Both the position numbers and the translations under genes were made by a program. The notes under the pieces are model-generated. The model had not been told where the DNA came from. It did not search any database and was given only the letters and a program-made list of their open reading frames with translations. DNA of 64,000 bases, from the IMG/VR virus record IMGVR_UViG_3300037264_007554, positions 31,494 through 95,493 of that record. One strand, written 5' to 3'. The stretch is from a virus. This document shows, piece by piece, positions 38,104 through 48,520 of the stretch (position 1 is the stretch's first letter; the number at the start of each line of letters is the position of its first letter).

Positions 38104-38471
38104 GTCTCGCAGAAAAAATGCGTGCGCGGGCGAAGGCCCGGCAGTGGATCCGGGAGGCGGGCTCGCTCGGGCTCGACGACATCACGCGCCGTCGACGCCT
38201 GGGCGGGGACAGCGGCGCAGTCCCCACGCTGCGGCCGTCGGACATGCCCGCGCTTGAGGCAGGGAGCTTGAGGGCGCTCGCGTTGTTGCGGGACTTCCAG
38301 TGGCACGCTGCAGATGAAATCCGGGCGACGGCAGGACATCCTGGGTGTCCGGCGTCGGAAGGTCTGCGCAGGATGCGGGAGCTGCGCAAGGTCTACGAGG
38401 TCGAGAAGCGTCGGGTGCACGACACCCGGCTGTGGGAGTACAGGTTGGTAGGTTTGAAAAAGCAGACATGA
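38100..38471 (+). CDS. Winged-helix-like protein
   Basis: EGLRRMRELRK..VEKRR..WEYRL. Confidence 0.55.
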   Translation: MSLAEKMRARAKARQWIREAGSLGLDDITRRRRLGGDSGAVPTLRPSDMPALEAGSLRALALLRDFQWHAADEIRATAGHPGCPASEGLRRMRELRKVYEVEKRRVHDTRLWEYRLVGLKKQT

Positions 38472-40285
38472 GCATCCTCGACAACATGCTCGCGCGCGTC
38501 GGCAAGACCCGGGAAGACTACGGGAAGTCCGACAAGCTCGGAAAGATCTTCCGTCGTCAGGGTGTGAAGCAATCCGGAGAGTTGGACCGGATTCTCCATC
38601 TGCCCAGGCGCGACTGGGAAGCAGCGCCGTCGCTGCACGTGGATTTGACGGACTGGCTCAAGACTCCGGCCGGGACGATGATGTTGCGGCCGGTGCAGGC
38701 GTACGCGCTGACCGAGATGCACGACTTCTCCGGCCTGCTGGCGCCGATTCGCGTCGGTGGAGGCAAGACCCTGATCTCTTTGCTCGCGGCCGAAGTGCTC
38801 GAAGCGAAGCGGCCGCTGCTGCTGATTCCGGCGAAGCTGAAGCGGAAAACCCAGAACGAGATCGAGGCGCTCCGGAAGCATTGGCGGTTCAAACCGCCGG
38901 AGATCATCTCGTACGAATGGCTCGGTCGCGTCCAGGCCGCCGAGCACCTGGACAAGATGCAGCCCGACCTGATCATCTCGGACGAAACACACAAGCTGCG
39001 CAACAAGTCCGCGGCCGTCACCCGGCGTGTCGGTCGGTACATGGAGGCGCAGCCCGAGACGAAGTTCGTCGCGATGTCCGGCACGATCACGAAGCGGTCA
39101 CTCGAAGACTACGCGCACATCGCTGAGTGGTGCCTGGGCCGGGTGGCGCCCGTGCCGCTCGACTGGAAGATCTTGCGAGAGTGGTGCGATGCCTTCGATG
39201 AAAAGGTCATGGCTGAAAACCGGCTCGCGCCTGGGGCGTTGCTCAAGCTCTGCAACGATCAGGAGCTTCAGGAAATCCAGGGAGACTCTCTCGGGACGAT
39301 TCGCCGTGCGTACCGGCGGAGGCTCGTCGAGACGCCCGGGGTGATCGCGACCAAGGAAGGCTTCGTGGACTGCTCACTCGGGATCTCGGCCGTCGAGCCT
39401 CGGTACAACAGCCAGACCGAGGCCGCGTTCGAGAATTTGAAGTTGAACTGGGAGACGCCTGATGGCTGGCCGATTTCAGATCCGGTCACGTTGTGGAGGC
39501 ATGCGCGGGAGATGGCCTTGGGCCTGTACTACATCTGGGATCCAAGGCCACCGAAGGAATGGATGGCAGCCAGGAAAGAATGGTGCGCGACCGTGCGCCG
39601 GATCATCAAGTACAAGAAGCTCGACAGCGAGTTGCAGGTCGCCCAGGCCATCGCGTCTGGGCGGATCGACGACCCGGAGTCCGAGCGAAAAGATTTGGCA
39701 GGGAATAGGCTCGGCGGTACGGTGTACTCGAACTGGATTTCCATTCGCGACACGTTCAAGCCGAACACGGTCCCGGTGTGGATGGACCACGGGCCGTTGG
39801 AGTTCTGTGAAAACTGGATGAGAGAGAACACCGGGATCGTCTGGGTTGAGCACGTCTTTTTCGGTGAAGCACTTGCGAAGCGAACCGGGCGGCCATTCTT
39901 TCACCGAAAAGGCGAAGACGCGCAACGAAACCTGATCGATCAGTCAACTCCGGCCGGAGGCTCGATCATTGCGTCGATCGCATCGAACTGTGAAGGCAGG
40001 AATCTGCAAGCGTGGTCGCAGAATCTCGTCGCGTCACCGCCGCCCACCGGCAGCGTCTGGGAACAATTAATTGCGAGAAGTCATCGAGATGGGCAACTCG
40101 CTGACGAAGTTTCGGTCGATGTGGTCTTGGGGTGTGTCCAACAGTGGGGCGGGTTTGAGCAGGCTCGGTTGGATGCGAACTACATTCAATCGACGACGGG
40201 GCAGTTGCAGAAGTTGAATTACGCGGACTTGGATGTTCCAAGCCCGCGAGAAGTCGCTGCGCGGACAGAAGCGCGGTGGTTGTAG
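38468..40285 (+). CDS. SF2 (SNF2-like) helicase
   Basis: VGGGKT, DETH, MSGT, EGRNLQ, EQLIARSHR. Confidence 0.85.
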   Translation: MSILDNMLARVGKTREDYGKSDKLGKIFRRQGVKQSGELDRILHLPRRDWEAAPSLHVDLTDWLKTPAGTMMLRPVQAYALTEMHDFSGLLAPIRVGGGKTLISLLAAEVLEAKRPLLLIPAKLKRKTQNEIEALRKHWRFKPPEIISYEWLGRVQAAEHLDKMQPDLIISDETHKLRNKSAAVTRRVGRYMEAQPETKFVAMSGTITKRSLEDYAHIAEWCLGRVAPVPLDWKILREWCDAFDEKVMAENRLAPGALLKLCNDQELQEIQGDSLGTIRRAYRRRLVETPGVIATKEGFVDCSLGISAVEPRYNSQTEAAFENLKLNWETPDGWPISDPVTLWRHAREMALGLYYIWDPRPPKEWMAARKEWCATVRRIIKYKKLDSELQVAQAIASGRIDDPESERKDLAGNRLGGTVYSNWISIRDTFKPNTVPVWMDHGPLEFCENWMRENTGIVWVEHVFFGEALAKRTGRPFFHRKGEDAQRNLIDQSTPAGGSIIASIASNCEGRNLQAWSQNLVASPPPTGSVWEQLIARSHRDGQLADEVSVDVVLGCVQQWGGFEQARLDANYIQSTTGQLQKLNYADLDVPSPREVAARTEARWL

Positions 40286-40314
40286 GAAAAAGAAAAGGAA
40301 AAGGAGAAAGCACC

Positions 40315-40752
40315 ATGGGCTTATTTGCAGGCATCGAAGGAGCACGCGTCGGCGGCGGTGGAGTCTACTTTCTTCCCGGGATCTACCGGGTCGAAGTTCT
40401 GAAGGTCTTCGCGATGAAGGGCAGGAAGGGGGACGACCTGTTCATCGTCGAGTCGAAGATCTTGGAGAGCGACAACGCGGAACGCCGGGTCGGTTCGTCG
40501 TGCTCGTGGGTGGTGAACCTGAAGCACGAGCCCGCCCTGGGCAACATCAAGGGTTTCATCGCGGCCGTCAACGGCATCGATCCGACGAACAAGGGCGAGG
40601 TGGATGCCCAGGTGAACGAAGAGGCGGTCGAGGCCGCGTGTCACGCGGACAACCCGCTCGAAGGCGTGATCGTCGACCTGGAAGCAACCGAGATCAAGAC
40701 GAAGGCCGGTGGGGATTTCACCGTCCACAAGTGGTCGCCGGTCGAGCAGTAG
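40315..40752 (+). CDS. Putative ssDNA-binding protein
   Basis: Strong RBS; position between helicase and polymerase; beta-rich. Confidence 0.45.
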   Translation: MGLFAGIEGARVGGGGVYFLPGIYRVEVLKVFAMKGRKGDDLFIVESKILESDNAERRVGSSCSWVVNLKHEPALGNIKGFIAAVNGIDPTNKGEVDAQVNEEAVEAACHADNPLEGVIVDLEATEIKTKAGGDFTVHKWSPVEQ

Positions 40753-40812
40753 AACACGCGTCCGAGGGCGGCGTCTTCATGAGTAGGACGCCGCCCGAGG
40801 AGAAATGAAACT

Positions 40813-42798
40813 GTGATCCCTCTTGCCCTGGATACGGAGACGGCTTTGATCGGCATCGGTCAACTGGCGCCGCCGTTGACGTGCGCGACCTGGGCGTATT
40901 CCAAAGCCAAAAGCGGTCTTCTCTGGGTCGGGGAGCCGACGTGTCGTCAGATGATTGAAGGTCTTCTGGATGACCAACAGATTGTGTTCGTCGGTTTGCA
41001 CACGGCTTACGACATGGCCGTCATCGGTGAGGAGTGGCCGGACTTGTTGCCGAGGATCTTCGACGCGTACGCGAGCGATCGGATCACGGACATTGGGCTC
41101 CGGCAGAAGCTCATCGACATCGCGCACGGAAAGTTTCGCGGGTACACGGACAGCCTGACCGAAGAATTCACGTCGCACGAGTATTCGATCGCGGCGCTGG
41201 CCGAGCGCTTCCTGTTTAAGAAACGCGACAAGGACACGCATCGGCTGGGGTTCGGCGTGTTGAGAGATGTACGGCCGGAGGATTGGCCGCCAGGTGCGGC
41301 GGAGTACGCGATCGAAGATGCGCAGGACACGATCGAAATTTTTGGGTTTCAGGAGCCGGAGCACAAGTTCTTGGACGATCAGTTTCGTCAGACGCGTGGG
41401 GCCTTCGGTCTGCACTTGATCTCATGCTGGGGCATCCGGACGTCGGAGCAGAAGATTGACGAATTTCAGAAAGACACGGAAGCCGCTTTCAAGAAAGCGT
41501 TCAAGCACTGCAAAGAGGCGGGTTTCGTGAGGCCGGACGGGACGCGCGACACCAAGATCGCGAAAGCCCGGATGGTGGAGGTGATGGCGGAGTTGCAGGC
41601 ACCGACGAAAAAGACCGACGCGTTCATCGAAGTCCGGCGCAAACGCGATGGGCACAATGAGATGTTGACGCCGCGGGATGAGAAAAATCTGGCGGACCCG
41701 CTGTTCGGAATTTCGATCGATGAGGAAGCGTGTCTCGCGTCGGCGGACGATTCGTTGATTGCCTACTCCCAGGTGTCGAGCTTGAAGACCGTCGTCGAGG
41801 TTCACATTCCAGCGTTGCGAAACGGGATTGAATGGCCGATCCAGCCGAGGTTCGAGCCCCTGGTCGAGACCGGCAGGACTTCATGCAAAGGACATGATCC
41901 GAAGCAGTCAACCAACGGATATCAGCTCCACAACGTCCGGCGGCTGCCGGGGATCCGCGAGTGCTTCACGGCCCGGCCGGGAAAGCTGTTCGTCGAGGCG
42001 GACTACAGCGGTTTAGAATTACACACCTGGGCACAGACCTGTCTGTGGGCGCTCGGAGAGAGTGAGCTTGCGAAAGCGTTGAACGCAGGCACGGACCCTC
42101 ACCTCGTGCTGGCCGCGACCATGCTCGACACCTCGTACGAGAATGCGAAAGCCCGGTACAAGGCCGGAGACGAGAAGGTCGCGGGCACCCAGGGCGCCCG
42201 GCAGTTCGGGAAGATCGGCAACTTCGGTTTCCAGGGAGGAATGTCTGCTGAAACTTTTCGCGCGTGGGCTCGCATCCAGTACAAAACGAAATTCAGTCAG
42301 GAGCAGGCGGACCACATTCGCGCGTCGTGGTATTCGACTTGGCCGGAGTCGGAGCCGTACTTCCGGTGGATCAAGGCTCAGTGCGCGCAGGCCGGAGGCT
42401 ACGCGACGATCACGCAGTTCCAGAGCAACCGCGTCCGCGGTCTGATCACGTTTACCATCGCGGCCAACACGTTCTTCCAGGGACTCGGTGCCGACGCGAC
42501 GAAGGCTGCGCTGTTTGCGATTCAGCGGGAGTGCTACGTCGAGAAGTGGTCGCCGCTCTACGGTTGCCGGATGGTGAATTTTGTTCACGATTCGTACTGC
42601 TTGGAGGTTCCCGAAGATCTGGAATTGGCGAACGCGGCCGCGAAGCGTCTCGTCGAGGTCATGATAGAGGAAGCGACGAAGTGGCTGCCGGACGTTCCTC
42701 CGCGGGCCGAAGTGACGCTGTCAAAGCACTGGTCGAAGAAGGCCAAGGCCGTGAAGAATGAGCAGGGACTCTTGATCCCGTGGGAGTGGTCACAATGA
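40813..42798 (+). CDS. DNA polymerase family A with 3'-5' exonuclease
   Basis: DTET, YAIED, TGRTS, ADYSGLEL, RQFGKIGNFG, VHDS. Confidence 0.93.
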   Translation: MIPLALDTETALIGIGQLAPPLTCATWAYSKAKSGLLWVGEPTCRQMIEGLLDDQQIVFVGLHTAYDMAVIGEEWPDLLPRIFDAYASDRITDIGLRQKLIDIAHGKFRGYTDSLTEEFTSHEYSIAALAERFLFKKRDKDTHRLGFGVLRDVRPEDWPPGAAEYAIEDAQDTIEIFGFQEPEHKFLDDQFRQTRGAFGLHLISCWGIRTSEQKIDEFQKDTEAAFKKAFKHCKEAGFVRPDGTRDTKIAKARMVEVMAELQAPTKKTDAFIEVRRKRDGHNEMLTPRDEKNLADPLFGISIDEEACLASADDSLIAYSQVSSLKTVVEVHIPALRNGIEWPIQPRFEPLVETGRTSCKGHDPKQSTNGYQLHNVRRLPGIRECFTARPGKLFVEADYSGLELHTWAQTCLWALGESELAKALNAGTDPHLVLAATMLDTSYENAKARYKAGDEKVAGTQGARQFGKIGNFGFQGGMSAETFRAWARIQYKTKFSQEQADHIRASWYSTWPESEPYFRWIKAQCAQAGGYATITQFQSNRVRGLITFTIAANTFFQGLGADATKAALFAIQRECYVEKWSPLYGCRMVNFVHDSYCLEVPEDLELANAAAKRLVEVMIEEATKWLPDVPPRAEVTLSKHWSKKAKAVKNEQGLLIPWEWSQ

Positions 42799-43283
42799 AC
42801 CTGCTATCGATCGATCCCGGCGTCACGTGTTGCGGCTGGGCGTACTGGCGCGACGGTAAGCTCGTCTTGTGTGGGCTCTCGCGTACGAAGGAAGTCGGGA
42901 TCGAGGCAAGGATTTGCGCTCACGACTTCCGTCGGCACTGGCTCTACGGCCAGCCAGATTTCATAGTGATCGAGAAGCCCGAGGTGTATCAGCAGCGGTT
43001 TTGGAAGGGAGACCCGCGCGATCTGGTGGAATTGGCGATGGTGGTTGGTGGAATCATCGCTCAGTTCCCCGGTGTTCGGGTTCGGGCCGTGTTTCCCAAG
43101 GAATGGAAAAGACAGGTGCCAAAGAGCGTGAGCGAAAGCAGGACGCTGGCGAAGCTATCTGAGTTAGAGAAGAACAAGTCGGAAAGCCCGGAAGTTTTCG
43201 GTGAGCCGGATACGGCGCCGCCGAGTCTTCTACACAACATGATGGATGCGATCGGGATCGGCCTCTGGGCGCTCGGTCGGTAA
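42795..43283 (+). CDS. RuvC-like Holliday junction resolvase
   Basis: LSIDPG, IVIE, PKEWK, DAIGI. Confidence 0.7.
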   Translation: MNLLSIDPGVTCCGWAYWRDGKLVLCGLSRTKEVGIEARICAHDFRRHWLYGQPDFIVIEKPEVYQQRFWKGDPRDLVELAMVVGGIIAQFPGVRVRAVFPKEWKRQVPKSVSESRTLAKLSELEKNKSESPEVFGEPDTAPPSLLHNMMDAIGIGLWALGR

Positions 43284-43304
43284 CAAGAAAAAGGAAAAAG
43301 GAAA

Positions 43305-44207
43305 ATGCAACTGAAACATGGCAGCGTGAAAAGTGGAGAGTGTCGAGTCTCGACGTGTTCGCATCCGGCGTTGGCCGTCGCGGACGGCCGGACGTTTTTC
43401 TCAAAACGGGCTCCGGCAGAGATCGAGCTTTGCGAGGAGCATCTTTTCAAGGCGCAAGAGATGGCGACCACACAAGGGGAAGATCTGATCTGGAGGGAAG
43501 GTTTGATCGAGGTTTCTGCTCCGGCCGCTGACGCTCCGGCCGCTGCCCCGGCTCCGGCTGCCCCCGCCCCCGCCCCCGCCCCCGCCCCCGCGTCCGCTGC
43601 TGTTGCCGTCGTTGTCGAGAAAGAGTTGGCGCAGGAAACGACCAAGGCAGAGGCCGCGCTATTTCAGATCGAAGCGTTCGAGATCGGTACGAAAGACGAT
43701 CTCGACTTCGCGGCCGAGGTTCTCACGGAGACCAAGCAAAGCTGGAAGAGGATCGAAGAAAAGCGGAAAGAGATCACCGCGCCGCTCAACGAAGCTCTCC
43801 GGGCCGTCAACGCGCTCTTCAAGCCCGCGCTGGGCTTCTACGAGAAGTGCGAGCGGCTGATCAAGGGCAAGATGACCGACGCGCACGCGAAGTCCGAGAC
43901 CGCGGCTCGGCAGGCACTGGAAGCCGCGGGTGCTGCGGCCGCAGCCGGAGATGCCGAAGGTTTGTCGGACGCCTTGGCAGGTCACGATGCGGCCGTGCTG
44001 TTTCCCCAGGCCGACGGCATCCAGTACCGGTCGTCATGGAAGTTCGAGATCATCGACGAGTCGAAGATTCCCCGTGAGTTCATGACGCCGAATCTGAGAA
44101 TGATTCAGGGAGTCGTCTTGCAACAGAAGAGCGCGGCGGAGATCCCCGGCGTGCGCGTGTTCGAGGAGAAGATCGTGGCCAGCGTGGGGACGACGCTGCC
44201 TTCCTAG
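43305..44207 (+). CDS. Coiled-coil protein (Gp157/Gam-like C-terminus)
   Basis: IIDESKIPREFMTP..EIPGVRV. Confidence 0.5.
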   Translation: MQLKHGSVKSGECRVSTCSHPALAVADGRTFFSKRAPAEIELCEEHLFKAQEMATTQGEDLIWREGLIEVSAPAADAPAAAPAPAAPAPAPAPAPASAAVAVVVEKELAQETTKAEAALFQIEAFEIGTKDDLDFAAEVLTETKQSWKRIEEKRKEITAPLNEALRAVNALFKPALGFYEKCERLIKGKMTDAHAKSETAARQALEAAGAAAAAGDAEGLSDALAGHDAAVLFPQADGIQYRSSWKFEIIDESKIPREFMTPNLRMIQGVVLQQKSAAEIPGVRVFEEKIVASVGTTLPS

Positions 44208-44401
44208 AGCCACGACTCGAACGGGACTTCACCCGCGGACCACTTCTGGATCTTGGCCGCGGCGTGAAGCCCAGGCGTCGCTGTTCCAGTCCGGAGCTGC
44301 TGGATGTAACTCTTGGTCAGTTCAAGCTCTTTCGCAGCTTCGCCGTCTGACAACTCCCGCTTTTTCAGGTAGTCGCCGAACTTCGTCGTCGTTTTGGACA
44401 T
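44204..44401 (-). CDS. XRE/Cro-like HTH regulator
   Basis: AAKELELTKSYIQQLRTGTATPG. Confidence 0.75.
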   Translation of the reverse strand: MSKTTTKFGDYLKKRELSDGEAAKELELTKSYIQQLRTGTATPGLHAAAKIQKWSAGEVPFESWL

Positions 44402-44469
44402 CTCGGGAAAGACCTTCCAACAAAAATTATTTGTTGTCAAGCAACGGGCCGAAGTGATAGGAGAAGGAC

Positions 44470-45291
44470 ATGGCGCCAGTAGATCCACCGGATACGAGGT
44501 TGCTGGAAGAAATTCCGTTCGCGTCGGACGTTCGCGATGTCGAAGCGCGAAAGCTCGTAGTGGCGAGAGTGCTGGGGATACTCAAGGCTGCCGGGGCGGA
44601 GACAGGACAGGACGTGATTGATCTCGGGTGCACCGGTCTTGGCGGTGTCGAAGCAGGTATCAACGACGCGATCTTCGTCCGTGAAAATATGGCCGGTGCC
44701 GGGTTCGGTCTCACGTGCTACGTCGGCCCCGACCGCTACTGTCTGGTTCACGAGACGATCGGCGGTCTGCAGACTGACAAGAGACAAGAGCCGAGGCACG
44801 TCGGGTATCTTGCACAAGTCTCGCGGGAATTGACCGAGGCCGAGCGGCAGCACGTTGGCATCGTGGAGAGCGCCAGGCGCGTGAAGGCTCGCGAGGGGAT
44901 CAACAAGCGGGAGACCGCGCGGGAAATTCTCAACGAAGGGCCGCAAGGCTTGCCGCTGGAAGGTGCGGACGAACTTGCCGAGGAGATGCGTCGCCATGGA
45001 TCGACCCATGGGTCTTTTATCCCTGACGAGCCTTTCACGTGCCCGGAGCACGACAAGCTGCTCTGGCGCTGCCGGTTCTGCGTCGCGGCTGAGATTGTGA
45101 AGGGCGAATTGATCCCGTCGTTTTTGTTCGCTCCGGCGACCGAAGGCAACAGCGTCGAGGCCGACAACTTTTCGACGATCGAGCCGAACGACATCGAGTC
45201 ACGTGTGGCTGAGATGGACGGTAAAGGTCTCGACGCGGCCGCGGTGTTCGTCAAGGTCGCGGTCTGGCGCCGCAAGCTCGCGAGGGACTGA
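44470..45291 (+). CDS. Hypothetical protein
   Basis: RBS AGGAG. Confidence 0.6.
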   Translation: MAPVDPPDTRLLEEIPFASDVRDVEARKLVVARVLGILKAAGAETGQDVIDLGCTGLGGVEAGINDAIFVRENMAGAGFGLTCYVGPDRYCLVHETIGGLQTDKRQEPRHVGYLAQVSRELTEAERQHVGIVESARRVKAREGINKRETAREILNEGPQGLPLEGADELAEEMRRHGSTHGSFIPDEPFTCPEHDKLLWRCRFCVAAEIVKGELIPSFLFAPATEGNSVEADNFSTIEPNDIESRVAEMDGKGLDAAAVFVKVAVWRRKLARD

Positions 45292-45515
45292 TGGCCGAGA
45301 ATGATGCCATGAAGCAGGTGATGGACGACGTTATTGAAGTCTCGAAGGCTCATATTGTCGATCGTCCCCAGGAGCTAGTGACGGCCTGTTTACAGAATGC
45401 AATCGTAGGCGCGCGTAAAGTTTTCAAGATGTCGCGTGCGGAGTTTCTCGATTTGGTGAATGTGGGGTGGGATGAGGTCGATGTTGAGATGAGGAAAATG
45501 AGGGGTGATGGTTGA
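45291..45515 (+). CDS. Hypothetical protein
   Basis: Coupled ORF. Confidence 0.5.
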   Translation: MAENDAMKQVMDDVIEVSKAHIVDRPQELVTACLQNAIVGARKVFKMSRAEFLDLVNVGWDEVDVEMRKMRGDG

Positions 45516-45846
45516 TCTGACCTTACGGGAGTTGCAGACGCAGCTTCCTTGGACTGTTCACTACAACCGAGATTTTCGTGCGTCTCCGATGTCCCACAAG
45601 GACTTCGGCCATGCGCTGCTGCACGTTCAGAAGGCGGCCGGGAAGCTCGCGGCCGTCGTCAACGATGCGGAGCACGGTGGCTCCGAGTTCAAGCCGGAGG
45701 AGGTCGACAGGTTCGTGGCAGATCTCGTCGTCTGTGCGTTGCGGATGGCGAACACTTGCCCAAACAGGTGCATTGATCTACAAAGGGCCGTTGAAGATAG
45801 AATCCAGCAGAAAAACGACATGGAATTAAAAAGGGAACATCAATGA
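45508..45846 (+). CDS. MazG-like fold protein, probably degenerate
   Basis: ADLVVCALRMAN..IDLQRAV..KN pattern; first acidic motif replaced by KAAGK. Confidence 0.45.
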   Translation: MVDLTLRELQTQLPWTVHYNRDFRASPMSHKDFGHALLHVQKAAGKLAAVVNDAEHGGSEFKPEEVDRFVADLVVCALRMANTCPNRCIDLQRAVEDRIQQKNDMELKREHQ

Positions 45847-46481
45847 GCGAGCGCTTACGGGGGCTGTGTAAGCATTGCGGCAATAATGCTGAGTTTTATC
45901 CGTCACGCCCCTCACAGTGTATTCAATGTATTACTCATAAGAATGCTCAGTATCAAATTGTAAATCGTGATAAAGTACGGTCACGAAAGAAAACTTGGTA
46001 TGAGCAAAACAAAGACACAGTGATCTCCAAACTACGCCGATATTATCGCGAAAATCAGCCTGAGATACGTAAGCGCGCAAAAGAACTACGTGCTGCAAAT
46101 GCGGAGAGAGTACTCCTTCAATACGCTAAGACTAGGGCGCGTCTACTGCACCTTCCCTTTAACATAACAGTTGAAGATATACACATTCCAGCCGTGTGTC
46201 CGGTGTTGGGGATTGAACTACAACCAGGACAAGGAAAAGTATCACAGCACTCACCTTCGTTAGATCGTATTGAATCATCACTAGGGTATGTGCGCGGTAA
46301 CGTTCGCGTAATTTCCTTCCGCGCTAATAGCCTAAAGCAAGACGCATCTGTAGAAGAAATGAAGATGGTGTTGGAAGACATACGGCGCATTCACATAGGC
46401 CGGGTGATCGATCTTCAACGGGCCGTCGAGGATCGCATCGAGCAGAAGAACAACGTCGAGCTGCGGGGAGAAAAGCAGTGA
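45843..46481 (+). mobile_element. HNH-type homing endonuclease
   Basis: CxxC..CxxC, CPVLG, SPSLDRI..GYVRGNVRVIS..AN..K; AT-rich; flanked by a 75-nt duplication. Confidence 0.85.
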
Positions 46482-46840
46482 GCGACAACGTCGACCATCC
46501 TCCGCACTACCAGTCGGGCGGCCTTGAAGCCATCGACGTGATCGAGGCGTTCAAGCTCGACTTTTGTACGGGAAACGCCGTGAAGTACCTGCTGCGTGCA
46601 GGGAAGAAAGATCCCGCGAAGTTCATCGAAGATTTGGCCAAGGCCAAGTGGTACATCGAGCGCGCGATCGAGAAGGCGCCGAGCGCGGCGTTGCCGGATG
46701 AGAAGGCGCCGAGCGCGGCGTTGCCGGATGAGAAGGCCCCGGGCGTCTGCCCGGAGACGTTGCCGGATGGATTCAAGTGCAGTTTTCCGGTCGGGCACGC
46801 GGGGCCACATGTGGACGCACGGGAGATGAAGCTGAGATGA
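46478..46840 (+). CDS. DUF3310 family protein
   Basis: DNVDHPPHY..GNAVKYLLRAGKK..EDLAKAKWYI; internal 30-bp tandem repeat. Confidence 0.85.
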   Translation: MSDNVDHPPHYQSGGLEAIDVIEAFKLDFCTGNAVKYLLRAGKKDPAKFIEDLAKAKWYIERAIEKAPSAALPDEKAPSAALPDEKAPGVCPETLPDGFKCSFPVGHAGPHVDAREMKLR

Positions 46841-46868
46841 GAATTAATGTGACCACGGGAGATGAACC

Positions 46869-47237
46869 ATGACGGACGCGGAGATACTGGCCGAAGAAAA
46901 CACCCGGTTGCGCGCAGAGAACGCGCAAATCCCAAGGCTTGAACGCCGGAACCGGTGGGACAGATTTCTTTTGATCTCGATGGCCGTCATCACTTTTGTG
47001 GGCATCTGGTTCGGCCGTATCTACTGGGAGATCGAGGGCTCGCGCATCGCCTGCCCAGAAATCATCAAGCCTGCTGTCGTCGACGACGCGACCAAGGTCT
47101 GCAAGGACGCAATCCTCGGAATCGACTACAACGGAAATGGTAGATGCCCGCATCCCGATCATACCGGCAAGTACCTCTATCGAAGTAATGGTAACGATCT
47201 TCTCATCTGCAACTGTTCTCGGACGGAGAAGCCGTAA
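46869..47237 (+). CDS. Membrane protein
   Basis: One TM, Cys-rich C-terminus. Confidence 0.5.
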   Translation: MTDAEILAEENTRLRAENAQIPRLERRNRWDRFLLISMAVITFVGIWFGRIYWEIEGSRIACPEIIKPAVVDDATKVCKDAILGIDYNGNGRCPHPDHTGKYLYRSNGNDLLICNCSRTEKP

Positions 47238-48049
47238 TGAAGATCGTCTTGCTAGATCACGGCTACGTTGAATTGATCGAGGCATGGGGCAGCGACGAAC
47301 GGATCGTTGAAGCCGCACGCATGAGCACGGGCAAGGAGTTTCGTCGCTGGGGGCAGTTGCGTTGCCGATGTGGAGCCGTCAGCGATTCGGCACGATTTGA
47401 CGTGGCGCCGATCTTCAAGGACGCCTCGGATTCGCGCTGCCCGATTGAACGGGGCGGTGCGCATGTTGCGATGCCCGATTCGCTCCCTCCAGGCGACGAA
47501 AAGCTGTTGCGCTACCTCTGGGAGAATAAACACGCGACACCGTTTGAGATGGCGGGCATGACCATCGAGGTCAAGGCTCCGATCTTCGTCTATCGAGAAT
47601 GGCACAGACATAGGACGCAGAGCTACAACGAGATGTCGGCCCGGTACGTGCCGTTGCCAGACGAGAACTACGTGCCCACGGTCGAGCGCCTGATGCTCAA
47701 CAGCAAGACCAACAAGCAGGCTGGTACGGTCAAAGGCGCAGAGGAGTTGACGGCGTTTATGGCCGAGCAATTCCGCATCAACCTCTCTCGACAGTACGAA
47801 CAGCAGGAGGTCCACTACCAGTGGGCTCTCAAAATTGGCGTGCCGAAGGAACTGGCTCGCGTCCATTTGCCTGTTGGCCGATACAGTCGGATGCGCGCCT
47901 CGGCCAACCTGCGCAACTGGCTGGCCTTCCTGACTCTGCGAATGGCAGCGGGGGCTCAATGGGAAATCCGTCAATATGCGAACGCTGTCGCGGCGGTCGT
48001 CGCGGAGAAGTTTCCGCGGACGTACGAACTGTTCCAAGGGACTGCGTGA
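47237..48049 (+). CDS. thyX: Flavin-dependent thymidylate synthase
   Basis: HATPFE, RHRTQSYNEMSARY, ELAR, AQWEIR. Confidence 0.95.
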   Translation: MKIVLLDHGYVELIEAWGSDERIVEAARMSTGKEFRRWGQLRCRCGAVSDSARFDVAPIFKDASDSRCPIERGGAHVAMPDSLPPGDEKLLRYLWENKHATPFEMAGMTIEVKAPIFVYREWHRHRTQSYNEMSARYVPLPDENYVPTVERLMLNSKTNKQAGTVKGAEELTAFMAEQFRINLSRQYEQQEVHYQWALKIGVPKELARVHLPVGRYSRMRASANLRNWLAFLTLRMAAGAQWEIRQYANAVAAVVAEKFPRTYELFQGTA

Positions 48050-48375
48050 GGTACACGCGCCTTTTCTTCATTGCGCCGCAGGATCAGTTGCCCGGCGATC
48101 GTGTCGTCACGGAGCCCGGCGTCAGGTTCTACGTCACGGCGTGGTTCATGACGGCGAAGGGGGATCCGAAACTTGCTGCGGATTGGGCTCGTGGGTGCCC
48201 CACAGCCGAGCGGACTGTTCTGATCGCGCGGCAGGTGAAAGGGAAAAATTCGGATGATCCGGTTCCGAATCCTGATCCGGCGTCGATCGAGAGTGTTATA
48301 CGCGTGATCGGCGGTGCGAATGTGCTTGAGGAAGATGTCGCCGAGTTTTTGAAAGCAGAGGAACCGTCCTCGTGA
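48046..48375 (+). CDS. Hypothetical protein
   Basis: GTG coupled to thyX. Confidence 0.45.
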   Translation: MRYTRLFFIAPQDQLPGDRVVTEPGVRFYVTAWFMTAKGDPKLAADWARGCPTAERTVLIARQVKGKNSDDPVPNPDPASIESVIRVIGGANVLEEDVAEFLKAEEPSS

Positions 48376-48520
48376 CCTGCTCCGTCTTCCACACCCCCTT
48401 CGCCGAATTCGCGAAGTGCGCGACTCCGGCCGACTGGACGTTCGCAATTTTGGTGGGCGCGGGCTCGATTGGTCCTGTGATTGCACTCTGCGTTCGGATC
48501 GCGCGCAGGAGATCGACCTG

